The position numbers and the translations under genes were made by a program. From the NCBI GenBank assembly GCA_965228475.1, contig OZ245817.1:3648001-3712000 (forward strand): a stretch of 64,000 nt of DNA, in the 5' to 3' direction. This DNA comes from Myxococcota bacterium (GTDB lineage Bacteria > Myxococcota_A > UBA9160 > JAFDDA01). Below the pieces are notes generated by a model. That model did not search any database. It was not told the origin of the DNA and was given only the letters and a program-made list of their open reading frames with translations. Each line of letters starts with the position of its first letter. Positions within the stretch are counted from its first letter, which is position 1. Below are positions 9,758 to 19,649 of this stretch, piece after piece.

Positions 9758-10728
9758 CGGAGGCCGCCTCGCGAGGCCGCCTCGGCGGAGTGTTCGCTGA
9801 AGAACTGGGCGTACCACTTGCGATACGTGCGGAAGTGCTCGTCGCCTTCGGCGAGCACCGGGCGCTCCCAGAACGTCTTGTTCTCCCAGATCGGGATGTC
9901 CTGGGCCATCTGACGTTCGAGGTCCTTGATGATCGCGGCGCCGACGCCGCGCGCCGCGTCCGCCCCGCCCTGCTTCGAAACCGTGTAGGCGAAACTCACG
10001 TCCGTCGTCTCTTCGTCGAGGGGCGTCGCCGTGTTGATCATGAGCGTATCCACGATACCCGAGAGCCGCACGGCCTGGAGCGCCGGCCCGTAGTCCGTGG
10101 TGTAGATGCCGCCGGTGACCTCGCCCTTCGGCGTCCCGAGCTTCATGCGATTCTTCACGGAGAAGACGGGGCCCTCGGCGTGGACTTCGCTCTCCGGGAT
10201 GGTGTGTGCGCCGTGGACGTACTTGAAGTGGACGCCATCGACGCAGTTCTCGTTCATGTCGAGCCAGCGCGCCCGCACCGTCCAGTGGCGGACCTCGAGG
10301 GGCGTCCAATCGGGCGAGCCGACCTCCTCGAACTCCGGCACCTCGTAGGCGGGCGGCCGTCCCTCGGCGTCGTGGTGAAGGAAGACGATCCCGTTGCGCT
10401 CGCAGGTCCGCCACGCCCGGAGCCGGGCCTTCGGCGGGATCTTCTTCGCGTAGGGGACGTGTTCGCAGCGCCCGTCCGGCCCGAACTCCCAGGCGTGGAA
10501 CGGACAGCGCACCCGGTTTCCGCCGACGACCCGTCCGCCGTGGCCGAGGTGCGCCCCGAGGTGCGGACAGAAGGCATCGAGCACGTGCGCCGCGCCCTCG
10601 GCGTCGCGGTAGGCGATGAGTTCCCGGCCGAGCCGGCGGAACGCCGCGACCTCACCGGCCTCGATCTCCTCGGCGTAGGCGAGGCGGAACCAGCCGTTGG
10701 CGTAGGCGGGGAACGGGTAGCGGCTCAT
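9754..10728 (-). CDS. Rieske 2Fe-2S non-heme iron oxygenase (KshA/sterol desaturase-like)
   Basis: Rieske CPHLGAHL...CPFHAW; mononuclear Fe motif ENCVDGVHFKYVH; C-terminal DIPIWENK. Confidence 0.92.
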   Translation of the reverse strand: MSRYPFPAYANGWFRLAYAEEIEAGEVAAFRRLGRELIAYRDAEGAAHVLDAFCPHLGAHLGHGGRVVGGNRVRCPFHAWEFGPDGRCEHVPYAKKIPPKARLRAWRTCERNGIVFLHHDAEGRPPAYEVPEFEEVGSPDWTPLEVRHWTVRARWLDMNENCVDGVHFKYVHGAHTIPESEVHAEGPVFSVKNRMKLGTPKGEVTGGIYTTDYGPALQAVRLSGIVDTLMINTATPLDEETTDVSFAYTVSKQGGADAARGVGAAIIKDLERQMAQDIPIWENKTFWERPVLAEGDEHFRTYRKWYAQFFSEHSAEAASRGGLR

Positions 10729-10751
10729 CGCGTCCTCGGCGGGCCCGGCAA

Positions 10752-10772
10752 AATCTGACGGACCGTCAGATT
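10752..10772. promoter_or_regulatory. Palindromic operator copy 2 (AATCTGAC-GGACC-GTCAGATT)
   Basis: Perfect 8-bp arms, about 24 nt upstream of the Rieske ATG. Confidence 0.85.
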
Positions 10773-10816
10773 GGACCATATCCGCCTTCGTTCGGCAATC
10801 CGGGCGGATCTCGCGG

Positions 10817-12055
10817 TCAATGGTCGGACGGGCCCCGCCCCAGCAGGAACCCCGCGAGCGCACGGATCGTCGGGTCTTCGTGGGAATCGGCGAGCGCGCG
10901 GAGGGCGCGGCTGCCTTCGGGGCCCGCGAAGGCCAGGGCGAGGACGGCTCCCCGCGCGGCCTTGGCCGGCCCGGTGCGGATCTTCTCGACGAGCGGCGGC
11001 ACCACCGGCGCGCCGAGCTCCCCGAGCGCCCGGGCGGCCGCCGCACCCTCGGCTCCGTTCGGGCTCGCGAGAAACGGCTCGACGTCCGCCAGCGCCCACA
11101 CGCCCTTGCGCTCGACGAGCGCCCGGATCGCCGCGGCACGGACCTCGGCCACCGGATCCTCGAGCCCCTTGCGCAGCGCCGCATCCGGGAGACCCGCCGC
11201 GGCATGGGTGAACGCCGCCGCACGCACGTCCGCCTCTTCGCGCGCCAGCCACCCCCGCGCCTGCTCCGCGCTCGGCACGTTCCCGAGCCCGATCCAGGCC
11301 GCGATCGCCTCCGCCGCCAGCGGTTTCCCCTTCGCGAACTGGGCGCGAACGTCGTCCGAAAAGACCGCGAGCTTCCGCTCGGCGATCACTTCGAGCCAGC
11401 GCGCACGGAGTGCGGGCGTGCGCTCCTCCGAGACGAGGAGCGCGCGAAGCGAGGCGAGCGCCGCAGGGGAGAGGCCCTGGCCGAGGCCCGGCGTCGCGGC
11501 GAGACGCTCGAGGGCGGAATGGGCGAGCGCCGGCGCGCCCTGCACCGTCAACGCCGCGAGCGGCGTTCGGGCATCGGCGGAGCCGGAGAGAACCGCGGCG
11601 AGGCCCTCGATGCTCGGGGCGTCGGGGTTCCGCAGGAAGGCACGGCCCCGGTCGGCCACCGCGAGGGCCGACGCGCCCTCGAGGCGCGTCCGCCAGATCG
11701 ACCAGCCCGGGAGCGGCTCGAGGGCGACCAGGATCCGTGTGCCCGGATCGAAACGACGCGGGCGCTCGCGGGCCAGCTCCTCCCAGGCGATCGCGAGGGT
11801 GGCACCGGGCGTCGTCTCCCCGCGCAGGACGGTCTCGACGCGGAGCCCGGCCCGATGCGCCACCTCGTCGAGCGCTTCGACCGGTCCGACTTCGCCGACG
11901 ACGACGTACGGGGCTTCGAGCGACGCCTCGAGCAGGCCGCTTCCCGCGGCCGGCACCTTCGCGGCCGCGCCCGAACGCTCTTCGGCCGAAGCACTCCCGA
12001 GTGCCAGGACGAGAAGCAGCCCCAGGCCGGCGCGATGAACGAAGCCTCGGGTCAG
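10817..12055 (-). CDS. Exported HEAT-repeat protein
   Basis: Hydrophobic N-terminus (AGLGLLLVLALGSASA); HEAT-like repeats DPVAEVRAAAIRAL, AAAARALGELG, DPTIRALA. Start uncertain; CTG 12055 proposed. Confidence 0.7.
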   Translation of the reverse strand: MTRGFVHRAGLGLLLVLALGSASAEERSGAAAKVPAAGSGLLEASLEAPYVVVGEVGPVEALDEVAHRAGLRVETVLRGETTPGATLAIAWEELARERPRRFDPGTRILVALEPLPGWSIWRTRLEGASALAVADRGRAFLRNPDAPSIEGLAAVLSGSADARTPLAALTVQGAPALAHSALERLAATPGLGQGLSPAALASLRALLVSEERTPALRARWLEVIAERKLAVFSDDVRAQFAKGKPLAAEAIAAWIGLGNVPSAEQARGWLAREEADVRAAAFTHAAAGLPDAALRKGLEDPVAEVRAAAIRALVERKGVWALADVEPFLASPNGAEGAAAARALGELGAPVVPPLVEKIRTGPAKAARGAVLALAFAGPEGSRALRALADSHEDPTIRALAGFLLGRGPSDH

Positions 12056-15000
12056 GGCGCGAGCCTGACGCCCGGCGCGTCGAAGCCCGGGTTGCCGTCG
12101 ACGTCGGCGTAGAGCGCGTTGGTCGCGCCGAGCGCGAGGACGCCGCTCTCGCCGAGATTCCCGTCGAGCAGGTCGGCCAGGGTTCCGTTCCCGCCCTGCG
12201 AGAGGCTGCTCGGGTAGACCGGGAACATCGGCTCCGAGACACCGTCGGTGCCGCGCACGATCACCACGAACCAGGTGTCCTCGCCGAGGCTGTAGGGCAG
12301 CTCGAGTTGGAGTTCCTGGCGCGCCGCCCCGGGGATGCCCGCATCCACCACGACCGGCGGCGGCAGGACGAAGTCGACGCCCGCAACGAGCGTCGCCGTC
12401 GGCGCCGCGTTGAAGGCGACCGGCGTTCCGCCCGAGGTGCCGCTCACCGAGGTTTCCGCGTTCGCGTAGATCTCGACGGTGTCGAAGGACGCCCAGACCG
12501 GAGCCTGGACGTCGATCACGAGGATCACGTCCCCGTCGCCCGCGGTGTCGAGCGTGGTCGATCCGCCGAGGGCGAGGCTCGCCTCGTTCGACGGCGTGTC
12601 CGCTTCGCGAAGGCGGGTCTGCACGTAGAGGCCCTGCCCGCCCGTCGAACGGCCGGTGAGGACCGCCTCGCCGACGTCGTCGGGATCGATCAGCGACGGA
12701 TCGTCGGTCGGCGACGCCGTCCAGCTCCGCGCCCCGGCCGTTCGCAGGTTCAGGAAGGTGTGCGTGTCCGTGTCGGCGATGAAGGTCGTCGGATAGCCCT
12801 GGTTCAGCAGGTTCATCCACACCCCGATCCGCCCGAAGCGGAACTCGTTCTGGGCGCCACGGGTCGAGCCGTTCCACAGCTCGAGCGCCGGGAAGGGGTG
12901 GAAGTAGTTCGTGACCGCCGGGTCGAGCCGGAAGGCCGCCGCCTCCGCCGGGGTGATGAACGACTGCGGCGGCTCCGCGGACGTATCGATCTGGAGCGGA
13001 GCGAAGTGGCTGTTGATGTGGTTGATCTGGACCGCGACCGAGTTCGAGGTGTTCTGCGGCAGCCCGTTCGAATCCACCTGGTTCAACACCTTGTCGTGGA
13101 TCTCTTCCGGCGAAAGGATGTAGCTCCCGAAGGCGGGGAAGTCCTGGCCGGGGGGAGCGGAGCCGCCCCAGTCCGTCGAGCCGCCGGAGGGGCGCGCCGG
13201 GTCGAGACCCAGCGGATAGGCGTTGTAGTGACCGGTGTCGAAGGTGGTGATCTCCTCGCCCGTGGTCCCCGTCAGCCAGGCGCCGAGGCCCTCGGCCGCG
13301 ATGGCCGGGTTCGGGTCCGTGCGGGAGTCATGATCCGTGGCCACGAAGTTCTCGACGCCCTCCCCTGCGAACTGCTCCACGCGGTTCAGCAAGCTGATGC
13401 GGGAATCCGGGCTGTTGGTGGAGTGGACGTGGAAGTCCGAAGAGACGAAGCCCGGCGTCTCGAGCACGCGCGTCAGCGCGGCCGCGACGCTGGCGGTCAC
13501 GCCGGCCTGGATCGTCACGGGCTCGCGGTGGAGCGAGTACTCCGTGCCGCGGGAAACCGCGATCTCGTAGCTCCCAGGCTCGACGTCGAACTCGACGATG
13601 CCGTCGGCGCCCGTGTACTTCACCGCGCTGACGCCGAAGGGGAGCGGGTCCTTCGTGATGTCGTTGAACGTGCCTCCGTCGTCGATGAAGAAGCCGAGGA
13701 AGTTGAACGTGATGCGCGGCTCCGGGCTCGGGTCGAAGCCGACCACGGTCACGCGCGCCGGGAGGGACTTGTCCGCGCCGGGGCGGTTCGGATCCACGAC
13801 GGCCACGCGAAGGCGGCCCGTCGCCGGGAGCGCGATGTCCTGGACCACGGCTCCGCCGTCGGCCACCACGATCGGGTGGAGGAGCGGAGTCGTGCCGCCG
13901 CCTTCGTAGGGCGCCCCCTCCTGGGCGGCCGCTACGGAGTAGCTCCCGACGGGCACGCGCCCCGAGTAGCAGCCCGCCGCATCGGTCACGAAGGAGGTCG
14001 TCAGCTCCGCGATCAGCCCGCCCGATTCCGGACCCACCGCGACGCGAGCACCGGGCGCCGGCGCGCCACCGACGGTCACGCAGCCGGAGAGCGTTCCGAA
14101 CTGGGCGCCGAGCAGCTCGATCTCCGCGTCGATGATCTCCGAGGCCCCGCCGGTGCCGACGAGGAACACGCGGCTGTAGCCCTGGCTCTCGCCCGGAGCG
14201 ATCTCGATGGTCGGCGGATCCGCCCCGGGGAGCAGGAGGTTCGGAACGGAGTTCTCGGACAGGATGAACGAGACCCCCGAGGTGCTGAAGCTCGAGTCCG
14301 AGAGCCCGCTGCCGAGCGAGGGCAGACCGATCCGGCCGTAGGAGACGCCCTCCGCCTGTCCGAAGCCGAAGTAGGAGAAGCTCGAGAGGCCGGGGATGGC
14401 GGTCAGCTCCCCGATCCCGGCGTCGAAGAACAGGCTGCTCGGTCCGTCCAGCTTCGTGTACTGCTCGAGCTCACCCATGCCGTTGATGTAGTCGCCGGGG
14501 AAGAGGCCGATGGGGTCGGGGCCGTTGTTGAAGAACGTCGTCGTCACGAGCACGCGGTTTCCGGGCTCGCCGCTGCGGCGCGGCTCCAGCTCGTAGCGCG
14601 TGCAGCCCTCGACGTCGTAGTCCTGATCGTCGATGCCGGGCGGAAGCTCCACGCCGAAGTTCGCCACCTGGCCCGAAGCGTTGATGTAGTCGATCAGATC
14701 GTCGGGGCCGCAGCTCTCGACGATCGCCGCCGTGCCGTCCTGTCCGTCGTTCAGGACCACGACGCTCGTCGCGTTGATCACGGTTTCGACGTTGACCGAG
14801 GGCGCCATCTCGAAGAAGTTGTCGCGGCCGGGATCGGAGAGCAGCTCGGCGTCGATCAGGTTCCCACCGTACTGGCCGATCGAGTAGAGGTCGCGAACGT
14901 TGGCCTGCTGGACCACGAAGCGCGCGACGTCGTTGCGCAGCATGAAGTCGCCCTTGCGGTTGTGCGCGAGCGGGCCCGTCAAGAGGTCGGCCGGGTCCGT

Positions 15001-15372
15001 GATCTCGTAGGCACTCGCCTTCCCGGGCGGCAGGTACTCGAACTTGGTCTTGTACAGCTCGCTTCCGCCGCCGAGGAGCGGAGCAGTCGCCTCGAAGACG
15101 TTCTTGTCCCGCAGCGGCGGGCCGGGCTCGACGGCCACGGTGAATCGGCCGCCGGGGCCCTCGACGGCGGGAACGAGTTCGCCGTTCAGCCGGACCTCGA
15201 CGCCGCTCGCATCGTGACGAGCCGGGTCGAGCTGCAGCACGGCCTCGAACTCGTACGTGAGCACCGTCGAATCGTTGGGCGGGGACTGCCACGGGTCGGG
15301 CGGCGCGCAGCCCGGGCCGGCCGAGGCGAGGGCGACGAAGGCGAGGACGGGAAGGAGCAGAAGACGGTGCAT
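12052..15372 (-). CDS. Large exported PHP-domain (CehA/McbA-like) metallohydrolase with carboxypeptidase-regulatory-like beta domains
   Basis: Signal peptide MHRLLLLPVLAFVALASA; SDFHVHSTNSPDS, VATDHD, GEEITTFDTGHYNAYP, QINH, DTDTH. Confidence 0.8.
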   Translation of the reverse strand: MHRLLLLPVLAFVALASAGPGCAPPDPWQSPPNDSTVLTYEFEAVLQLDPARHDASGVEVRLNGELVPAVEGPGGRFTVAVEPGPPLRDKNVFEATAPLLGGGSELYKTKFEYLPPGKASAYEITDPADLLTGPLAHNRKGDFMLRNDVARFVVQQANVRDLYSIGQYGGNLIDAELLSDPGRDNFFEMAPSVNVETVINATSVVVLNDGQDGTAAIVESCGPDDLIDYINASGQVANFGVELPPGIDDQDYDVEGCTRYELEPRRSGEPGNRVLVTTTFFNNGPDPIGLFPGDYINGMGELEQYTKLDGPSSLFFDAGIGELTAIPGLSSFSYFGFGQAEGVSYGRIGLPSLGSGLSDSSFSTSGVSFILSENSVPNLLLPGADPPTIEIAPGESQGYSRVFLVGTGGASEIIDAEIELLGAQFGTLSGCVTVGGAPAPGARVAVGPESGGLIAELTTSFVTDAAGCYSGRVPVGSYSVAAAQEGAPYEGGGTTPLLHPIVVADGGAVVQDIALPATGRLRVAVVDPNRPGADKSLPARVTVVGFDPSPEPRITFNFLGFFIDDGGTFNDITKDPLPFGVSAVKYTGADGIVEFDVEPGSYEIAVSRGTEYSLHREPVTIQAGVTASVAAALTRVLETPGFVSSDFHVHSTNSPDSRISLLNRVEQFAGEGVENFVATDHDSRTDPNPAIAAEGLGAWLTGTTGEEITTFDTGHYNAYPLGLDPARPSGGSTDWGGSAPPGQDFPAFGSYILSPEEIHDKVLNQVDSNGLPQNTSNSVAVQINHINSHFAPLQIDTSAEPPQSFITPAEAAAFRLDPAVTNYFHPFPALELWNGSTRGAQNEFRFGRIGVWMNLLNQGYPTTFIADTDTHTFLNLRTAGARSWTASPTDDPSLIDPDDVGEAVLTGRSTGGQGLYVQTRLREADTPSNEASLALGGSTTLDTAGDGDVILVIDVQAPVWASFDTVEIYANAETSVSGTSGGTPVAFNAAPTATLVAGVDFVLPPPVVVDAGIPGAARQELQLELPYSLGEDTWFVVIVRGTDGVSEPMFPVYPSSLSQGGNGTLADLLDGNLGESGVLALGATNALYADVDGNPGFDAPGVRLAP

Positions 15373-15437
15373 GGGGCTCTCCAGCGACGGCATTCGAACG
15401 ACCGTTCATTCTACACCCTGCCGCCATGCAACCGACC

Positions 15438-15470
15438 TGGAAACGCCACCCTGGCGGCGTGGAAACGCCA
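15438..15470. repeat. Direct repeat TGGAAACGCCA x2 (22-bp period), candidate regulatory site
   Basis: Copies at 15438-15448 and 15460-15470, upstream of the metallohydrolase gene. Confidence 0.5.
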
Positions 15471-15525
15471 TCCGGCACATCCGGCAGGTGAAAGGAAGGC
15501 GCAGCCAGGCGGCAGGCCGGGCCGC

Positions 15526-16698
15526 CTAGCGGCGCGGCAGCCCGAGGGCGCGCTGGGCGACGATGTTGCGCTGAATCTCCGAGGTCCCGGCGTAGATCGT
15601 CGCGGCCCGGGACCAGAGGAGCTCGTGCTGCCAGAAGCCGTCGTCGACGGCGGCCGGGTCGCCCCCGGGAACGAGCGCTGCCTCCCCCAGGATCTCGAGC
15701 GCCGTGTCCTTGATCCGTTGATCGAGCTCGCTCCAGAAGATCTTCAGGACGGACCCTTCGGGACCGGGCTCCTCCCCGTGCTCGAGCTTCGTCGCGTTCC
15801 GGTAGCCGGTCATGCGCAGGATCATGAGCTCGCTCGCGAACTCTCCGAGCTTCTGGCGGATCACCGGGTCGTCGGCCGCCGTTCCCGAGCCGCGCGGGGT
15901 GCGTCTGGCCAGCTCGACGAGCTTTCGGAACTGCATCTGCAGCCGTTCGTGGGCGGAGGCCGTTCCGCGCTCGACGTTCAGGGTCGTCATGACCACGTCC
16001 CACCCGCGATGGAGCTCGCCGACCAGGTTCTCGCGCGGCACGCGGACGCCGTCGAAGAAGACCTCGTTGAACCAGGCCTCGCCGGTCATCTCGACGAGGG
16101 GCCGGATCGTGATCCCGGGCGAGCGCATGTCGACGAGCAGGAAGGAGAGGCCCCGGTGGCGCTGGCTCTCGGGGTCCGTGCGGACGACGAGAATGCACCA
16201 CTCCGAGTGCTGGGCGAAGCTCGTCCAGATCTTCTGCCCCGTGACGACGATCTCGTCGCCTTCGACGTCCCCGCGCGTGCGCAGGGCGGCGAGGTCCGAG
16301 CCGGCGCCCGGCTCCGAGAAGCCCTGGCACCAGACCTCTTCGCCGCGCAGGATCGGCCCGAGGTAGCGCTCCTTCTGCGCGTCGGTCCCATGATGGATCA
16401 GGGTCGGGCCGACCAGCGACGTGCCGACCGAGAGCTGGATCAGGTTCGGGGCTTCTGCGCGGGCGTACTCTTCTCCCCAGATGAGCGCCTCGATCACGCT
16501 GGCCCCGCGCCCGCCGAACTCGCGCGGCCAGGTCAACCCGGCGTAGCCGCCTTCGTGGAGGGTCGCCTGCCAGCGGCGCCCGAACGCCACGCGCTCCTCG
16601 GTGCGATCGGGGCCGGGCCCCTCGGGCACGTTGGCGCGGAGCCACGCGCGCACCTCCGTACGGAAGGCGGCCTGTTCGGGGGAGTCACGCAGATCCAT
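15526..16698 (-). CDS. Acyl-CoA dehydrogenase
   Basis: WCQGFSEPGAGSDLAALRT, GQKIWTS, FNEVFFD, TIYAGTSEIQRNIVA. Confidence 0.95.
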   Translation of the reverse strand: MDLRDSPEQAAFRTEVRAWLRANVPEGPGPDRTEERVAFGRRWQATLHEGGYAGLTWPREFGGRGASVIEALIWGEEYARAEAPNLIQLSVGTSLVGPTLIHHGTDAQKERYLGPILRGEEVWCQGFSEPGAGSDLAALRTRGDVEGDEIVVTGQKIWTSFAQHSEWCILVVRTDPESQRHRGLSFLLVDMRSPGITIRPLVEMTGEAWFNEVFFDGVRVPRENLVGELHRGWDVVMTTLNVERGTASAHERLQMQFRKLVELARRTPRGSGTAADDPVIRQKLGEFASELMILRMTGYRNATKLEHGEEPGPEGSVLKIFWSELDQRIKDTALEILGEAALVPGGDPAAVDDGFWQHELLWSRAATIYAGTSEIQRNIVAQRALGLPRR

Positions 16699-17953
16699 GC
16701 AGGCTCCGTTCGGCGGCGGGGCCGACGCGGCTCGATCGTTCGTCGCGCACCCCCAGCATCATCCACAGGACCGCGCCGTTGACCAGGGTGAAGGCCACGA
16801 ACGCCGGCAGGTAGCTTCCGGTCCGGTCGAAGACCCCGCCCGCGAAGACCGGGCCGAGCCCCCCTCCGACGAAGAGCGCGACCATCAACACGCCGTAGAT
16901 CTTGGCCATGTGGTCGACGCCGAAGCTGTCCGCGACCAGCAGCGGCAGCAGCACGTTCTCCGCCGCCACGGCAAAGCCGTGCGCCAGCAGGAAGAGCAGC
17001 AGGAGGAGCGGCTGGTTCGCGAACAGCAGCAGCACCGAGGCGAGCCAGAGCAGGGCGAAGTTCAGGAGCACGGCGCGCCGGTGGGAGATGCGGTCGGCGA
17101 ACCAGCCGATCGAGAGCTTCCCCGCCACGCCGACGAAGGCGGCGCCCGCGAAGCTCGCCGCGGCCCGGCCGTCGGAGTAGCCGACGTCGCTCAGGTACGC
17201 GGCCAGGTGTTGATGGACGCCCAGGTAGTAGAAGTAGAAGAACACGAGGCCCGCGAAGAGAAGCCAGAACGAGCGGGTGCGGAGGGCGGCGGAGAGGTCG
17301 AGTGCATCGGGCCCGACGGCGCCCGCGTGGGTCGCGATCTCGCCCTCCCCCTCGGGCACCCAGCCATCGGGGGGCTCGCGCACGGCGAACCAGGTGAAGG
17401 GGAGGATCAGCGCGAGGACGAGACCCGCGATCACCACCAGCGCTTCGCGCCAGGAGCCGCCCGGACGTCCCGCGATCCATGCCGCCAGCAGCGGGATCAC
17501 CGTTCCCCCGAGGTTCGAACCGGTGTAGACGAAGCCGAGCGCGAGGCCCCGCCCGTTCGCGATCCACTGGGAGGTCACCGCCGCGACCGGGATGTCGCCG
17601 AGCCCGACCAGCGAGATCCCCATGCACAGCGAAAGCGCGTAGAAGTGCCACAGGGCGTCCATCTCGCTGATGCCGACGAAGGTCCCCGCGAGCAGGACCG
17701 CCGCGCCGGACATCACACCGCGCGCACCGAGGCGATCCGTCAGCGCGCCGACGAGCGGGGAGCCGACGGCGTAGCCCAGCAGCAGCGGCACGCTCGACCC
17801 GGCGAACTGGGCGCGCGACCACTCGAACTCCGAGACGATGTGCTTGAGCATCACCCCGAAGAAGTACGAGCAGCCGAGCCCGATCTGCGCGACGAGGCAG
17901 CCGACGAGCACCGGGCCCGAGGGCCCGCGAAAGGCTCGCGCGAGCTCGTTCAC
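16685..17953 (-). CDS. MFS transporter
   Basis: Many hydrophobic helices; motif A GALTDRLGARG and GWFADRISHR; GTGA overlap with the upstream gene. Confidence 0.92.
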   Translation of the reverse strand: MNELARAFRGPSGPVLVGCLVAQIGLGCSYFFGVMLKHIVSEFEWSRAQFAGSSVPLLLGYAVGSPLVGALTDRLGARGVMSGAAVLLAGTFVGISEMDALWHFYALSLCMGISLVGLGDIPVAAVTSQWIANGRGLALGFVYTGSNLGGTVIPLLAAWIAGRPGGSWREALVVIAGLVLALILPFTWFAVREPPDGWVPEGEGEIATHAGAVGPDALDLSAALRTRSFWLLFAGLVFFYFYYLGVHQHLAAYLSDVGYSDGRAAASFAGAAFVGVAGKLSIGWFADRISHRRAVLLNFALLWLASVLLLFANQPLLLLLFLLAHGFAVAAENVLLPLLVADSFGVDHMAKIYGVLMVALFVGGGLGPVFAGGVFDRTGSYLPAFVAFTLVNGAVLWMMLGVRDERSSRVGPAAERSLHGSA

Positions 17954-18426
17954 CCTGCGGCGGGGGCGTAGAGCACGAGGCCCTTGTAGAGCAGCGACGG
18001 CTTCTCGTTCCCGACGACGTGCACCGCCGTTTCGGTCGTGACGAGCGTCCCCTTCGGCTTCGCCACGGCCGCAGCGAGGCGCGCGCGGGCATGCACCTGG
18101 CTCCCGCAGGGGACCGGCGCCAGGAAGCGGAAGCCGTCCGATCCGTAGTTGACCGCGCTCCCGTACCCGACGATGGAAACCGTTTGCCCGGGGCGCAGGG
18201 CCGGAACCAGCGAGAGCGTGAAGAAGCCGTGGGCGATGGGGCCGCCGAAGGGGCTCTCCTTCTTCGCGCGCTCGACGTCGACGTGGATCCACTGATGATC
18301 GCCGGTGAGTTCGGCGAACCGGTCGACCTTTTCCTGGGTCACGTCGGTCGGCGGGCCCCACTCGCCGAACTCCTCGGAAACGGCGGCGGACAGCGCGGTG
18401 ACGTCGTCGAAGCGGATCTCTTGCAT
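17950..18426 (-). CDS. MaoC family dehydratase
   Basis: FAELTGDHQWIHVDVERA...GGPIAHGFFTLSL. Confidence 0.92.
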   Translation of the reverse strand: MQEIRFDDVTALSAAVSEEFGEWGPPTDVTQEKVDRFAELTGDHQWIHVDVERAKKESPFGGPIAHGFFTLSLVPALRPGQTVSIVGYGSAVNYGSDGFRFLAPVPCGSQVHARARLAAAVAKPKGTLVTTETAVHVVGNEKPSLLYKGLVLYAPAAG

Positions 18427-18440
18427 GGTTCCTCCTTGAG

Positions 18441-19649
18441 TCAGCGCACGACGCCATCGGCCTCGAGCGCGGCGATCTCCTCCTCGGAGAGCCCGAGGAG
18501 GCCCCCGAGCACTTCCCTCGTGTGTTCTCCGAGATTCGGTCCAGGGCGGCGAAACCCGCCTTCGCTCTCGCCGAGGCGGAACCCCGATCGCTCGAAGGCG
18601 AGCGTTCCGAGATGAACGTGTTCGATCGGGACGAAGTGCTTTCGGTGAGCGAGCTGGGGGTCGGCGAGAAGCGCATCGAGATCCGCGACGGGGCCGGCTG
18701 CGACGCCCGCCGCCTGGAGGCGCTCCGAAAGCTCCGCGGCTTCGCGTTCCCGCGTGAAGGCCGCGAGGTGCCCGTCGATCTCTTCCTCCGCGGCGAGGCG
18801 CCCGGCGACCCCCGCGAGCGAATCGTCGCTCGCCCACGCCGGCTCCCCGAGCACGCCCCGCAGCGCCCGCCACGCCTCGTCGTCCGTCACCTCGATCGCG
18901 ATCCAGGCATCCTCTCCGCGGCACGGGTAGACGCCGTGCGGTGCGGCGCGCTCGCTCGCGTTGCCGCGCCGCGTCTCCACTTCCCCGTTCGCGCTGTAGC
19001 GGACGACCATCTCGGAGAGCCCGTAGACGCCGGCCTCGATCTGGGAGACGTCGATCGTCCGCCCGCGGCCCGTGCGCTTCCTCTCGAGCAGTGCCGCCGC
19101 CAGGGCGACGGCCACGAACCGCGGCGCGAGGGAGTCCGTGATGGTCCCGTAGGGTCCGTGAGCCTCGCGGTCGGGCCAGCCCGTCAGATGGTTGAAGCCG
19201 GCGATCGCGGAGCCCTGCCCGCCGAACCCCGGGTACTTGCGCTGCGGCCCGGTCTGACCGAACAGGCAGCCGGAGACGACGATGGCGTCGGGCCGGATCG
19301 CGTGGATCCCCTCGGCGTCGAGCCCCCACTTTGCCATCACGCCCGGCGAGAAGTTCTCGGCGACCACGTCCGCCCAGGCGACCAGGCGCTTCACGAGGGC
19401 GACGCCGGCCTCGCTCCGCATGTCGATGGCGACGCTCTCCTTCTCCGGGTTCAGCAGGACGTACATCGGCGATCCGTCGAGACCGTGCTTGGAGTCCTTC
19501 GTCAGAAAGAGCGCACGCAGAAAGTCGGGGCGCGCCGCGGATTCGACGCGCACGACGCGCGCCCCCTGCTCGGCGAAGTACCGCGTCGCCACGGGGCCCG
19601 CCGCCCCGGAGCCGAGTTCGAGCACGTTCAGTCCGGCGTAGACCGACAC
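18441..19649 (-). CDS. Family III (CaiB/BaiF) CoA transferase, Asp-bearing subunit
   Basis: GLNVLELG...AGP...GARVVRVES, ADVVAENFSPG, GTITDSLAP. Confidence 0.92.
   Translation of the reverse strand: MSVYAGLNVLELGSGAAGPVATRYFAEQGARVVRVESAARPDFLRALFLTKDSKHGLDGSPMYVLLNPEKESVAIDMRSEAGVALVKRLVAWADVVAENFSPGVMAKWGLDAEGIHAIRPDAIVVSGCLFGQTGPQRKYPGFGGQGSAIAGFNHLTGWPDREAHGPYGTITDSLAPRFVAVALAAALLERKRTGRGRTIDVSQIEAGVYGLSEMVVRYSANGEVETRRGNASERAAPHGVYPCRGEDAWIAIEVTDDEAWRALRGVLGEPAWASDDSLAGVAGRLAAEEEIDGHLAAFTREREAAELSERLQAAGVAAGPVADLDALLADPQLAHRKHFVPIEHVHLGTLAFERSGFRLGESEGGFRRPGPNLGEHTREVLGGLLGLSEEEIAALEADGVVR

Noticed and set aside
15480..15525. CAGGTGAAAGGAAGGCGCAGCC resembling SRP RNA domain IV
   Set aside because: Lacks the paired stem around the tetraloop and the long closing helix.
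11410..16782. 1790-aa plus-strand ORF, and similar long ORFs such as 33567-38087, 42414-45044 and 19331-20956
   Set aside because: Shadow frames of clear genes in high-GC DNA; Arg/Pro/Ala-rich with no recognisable motifs.
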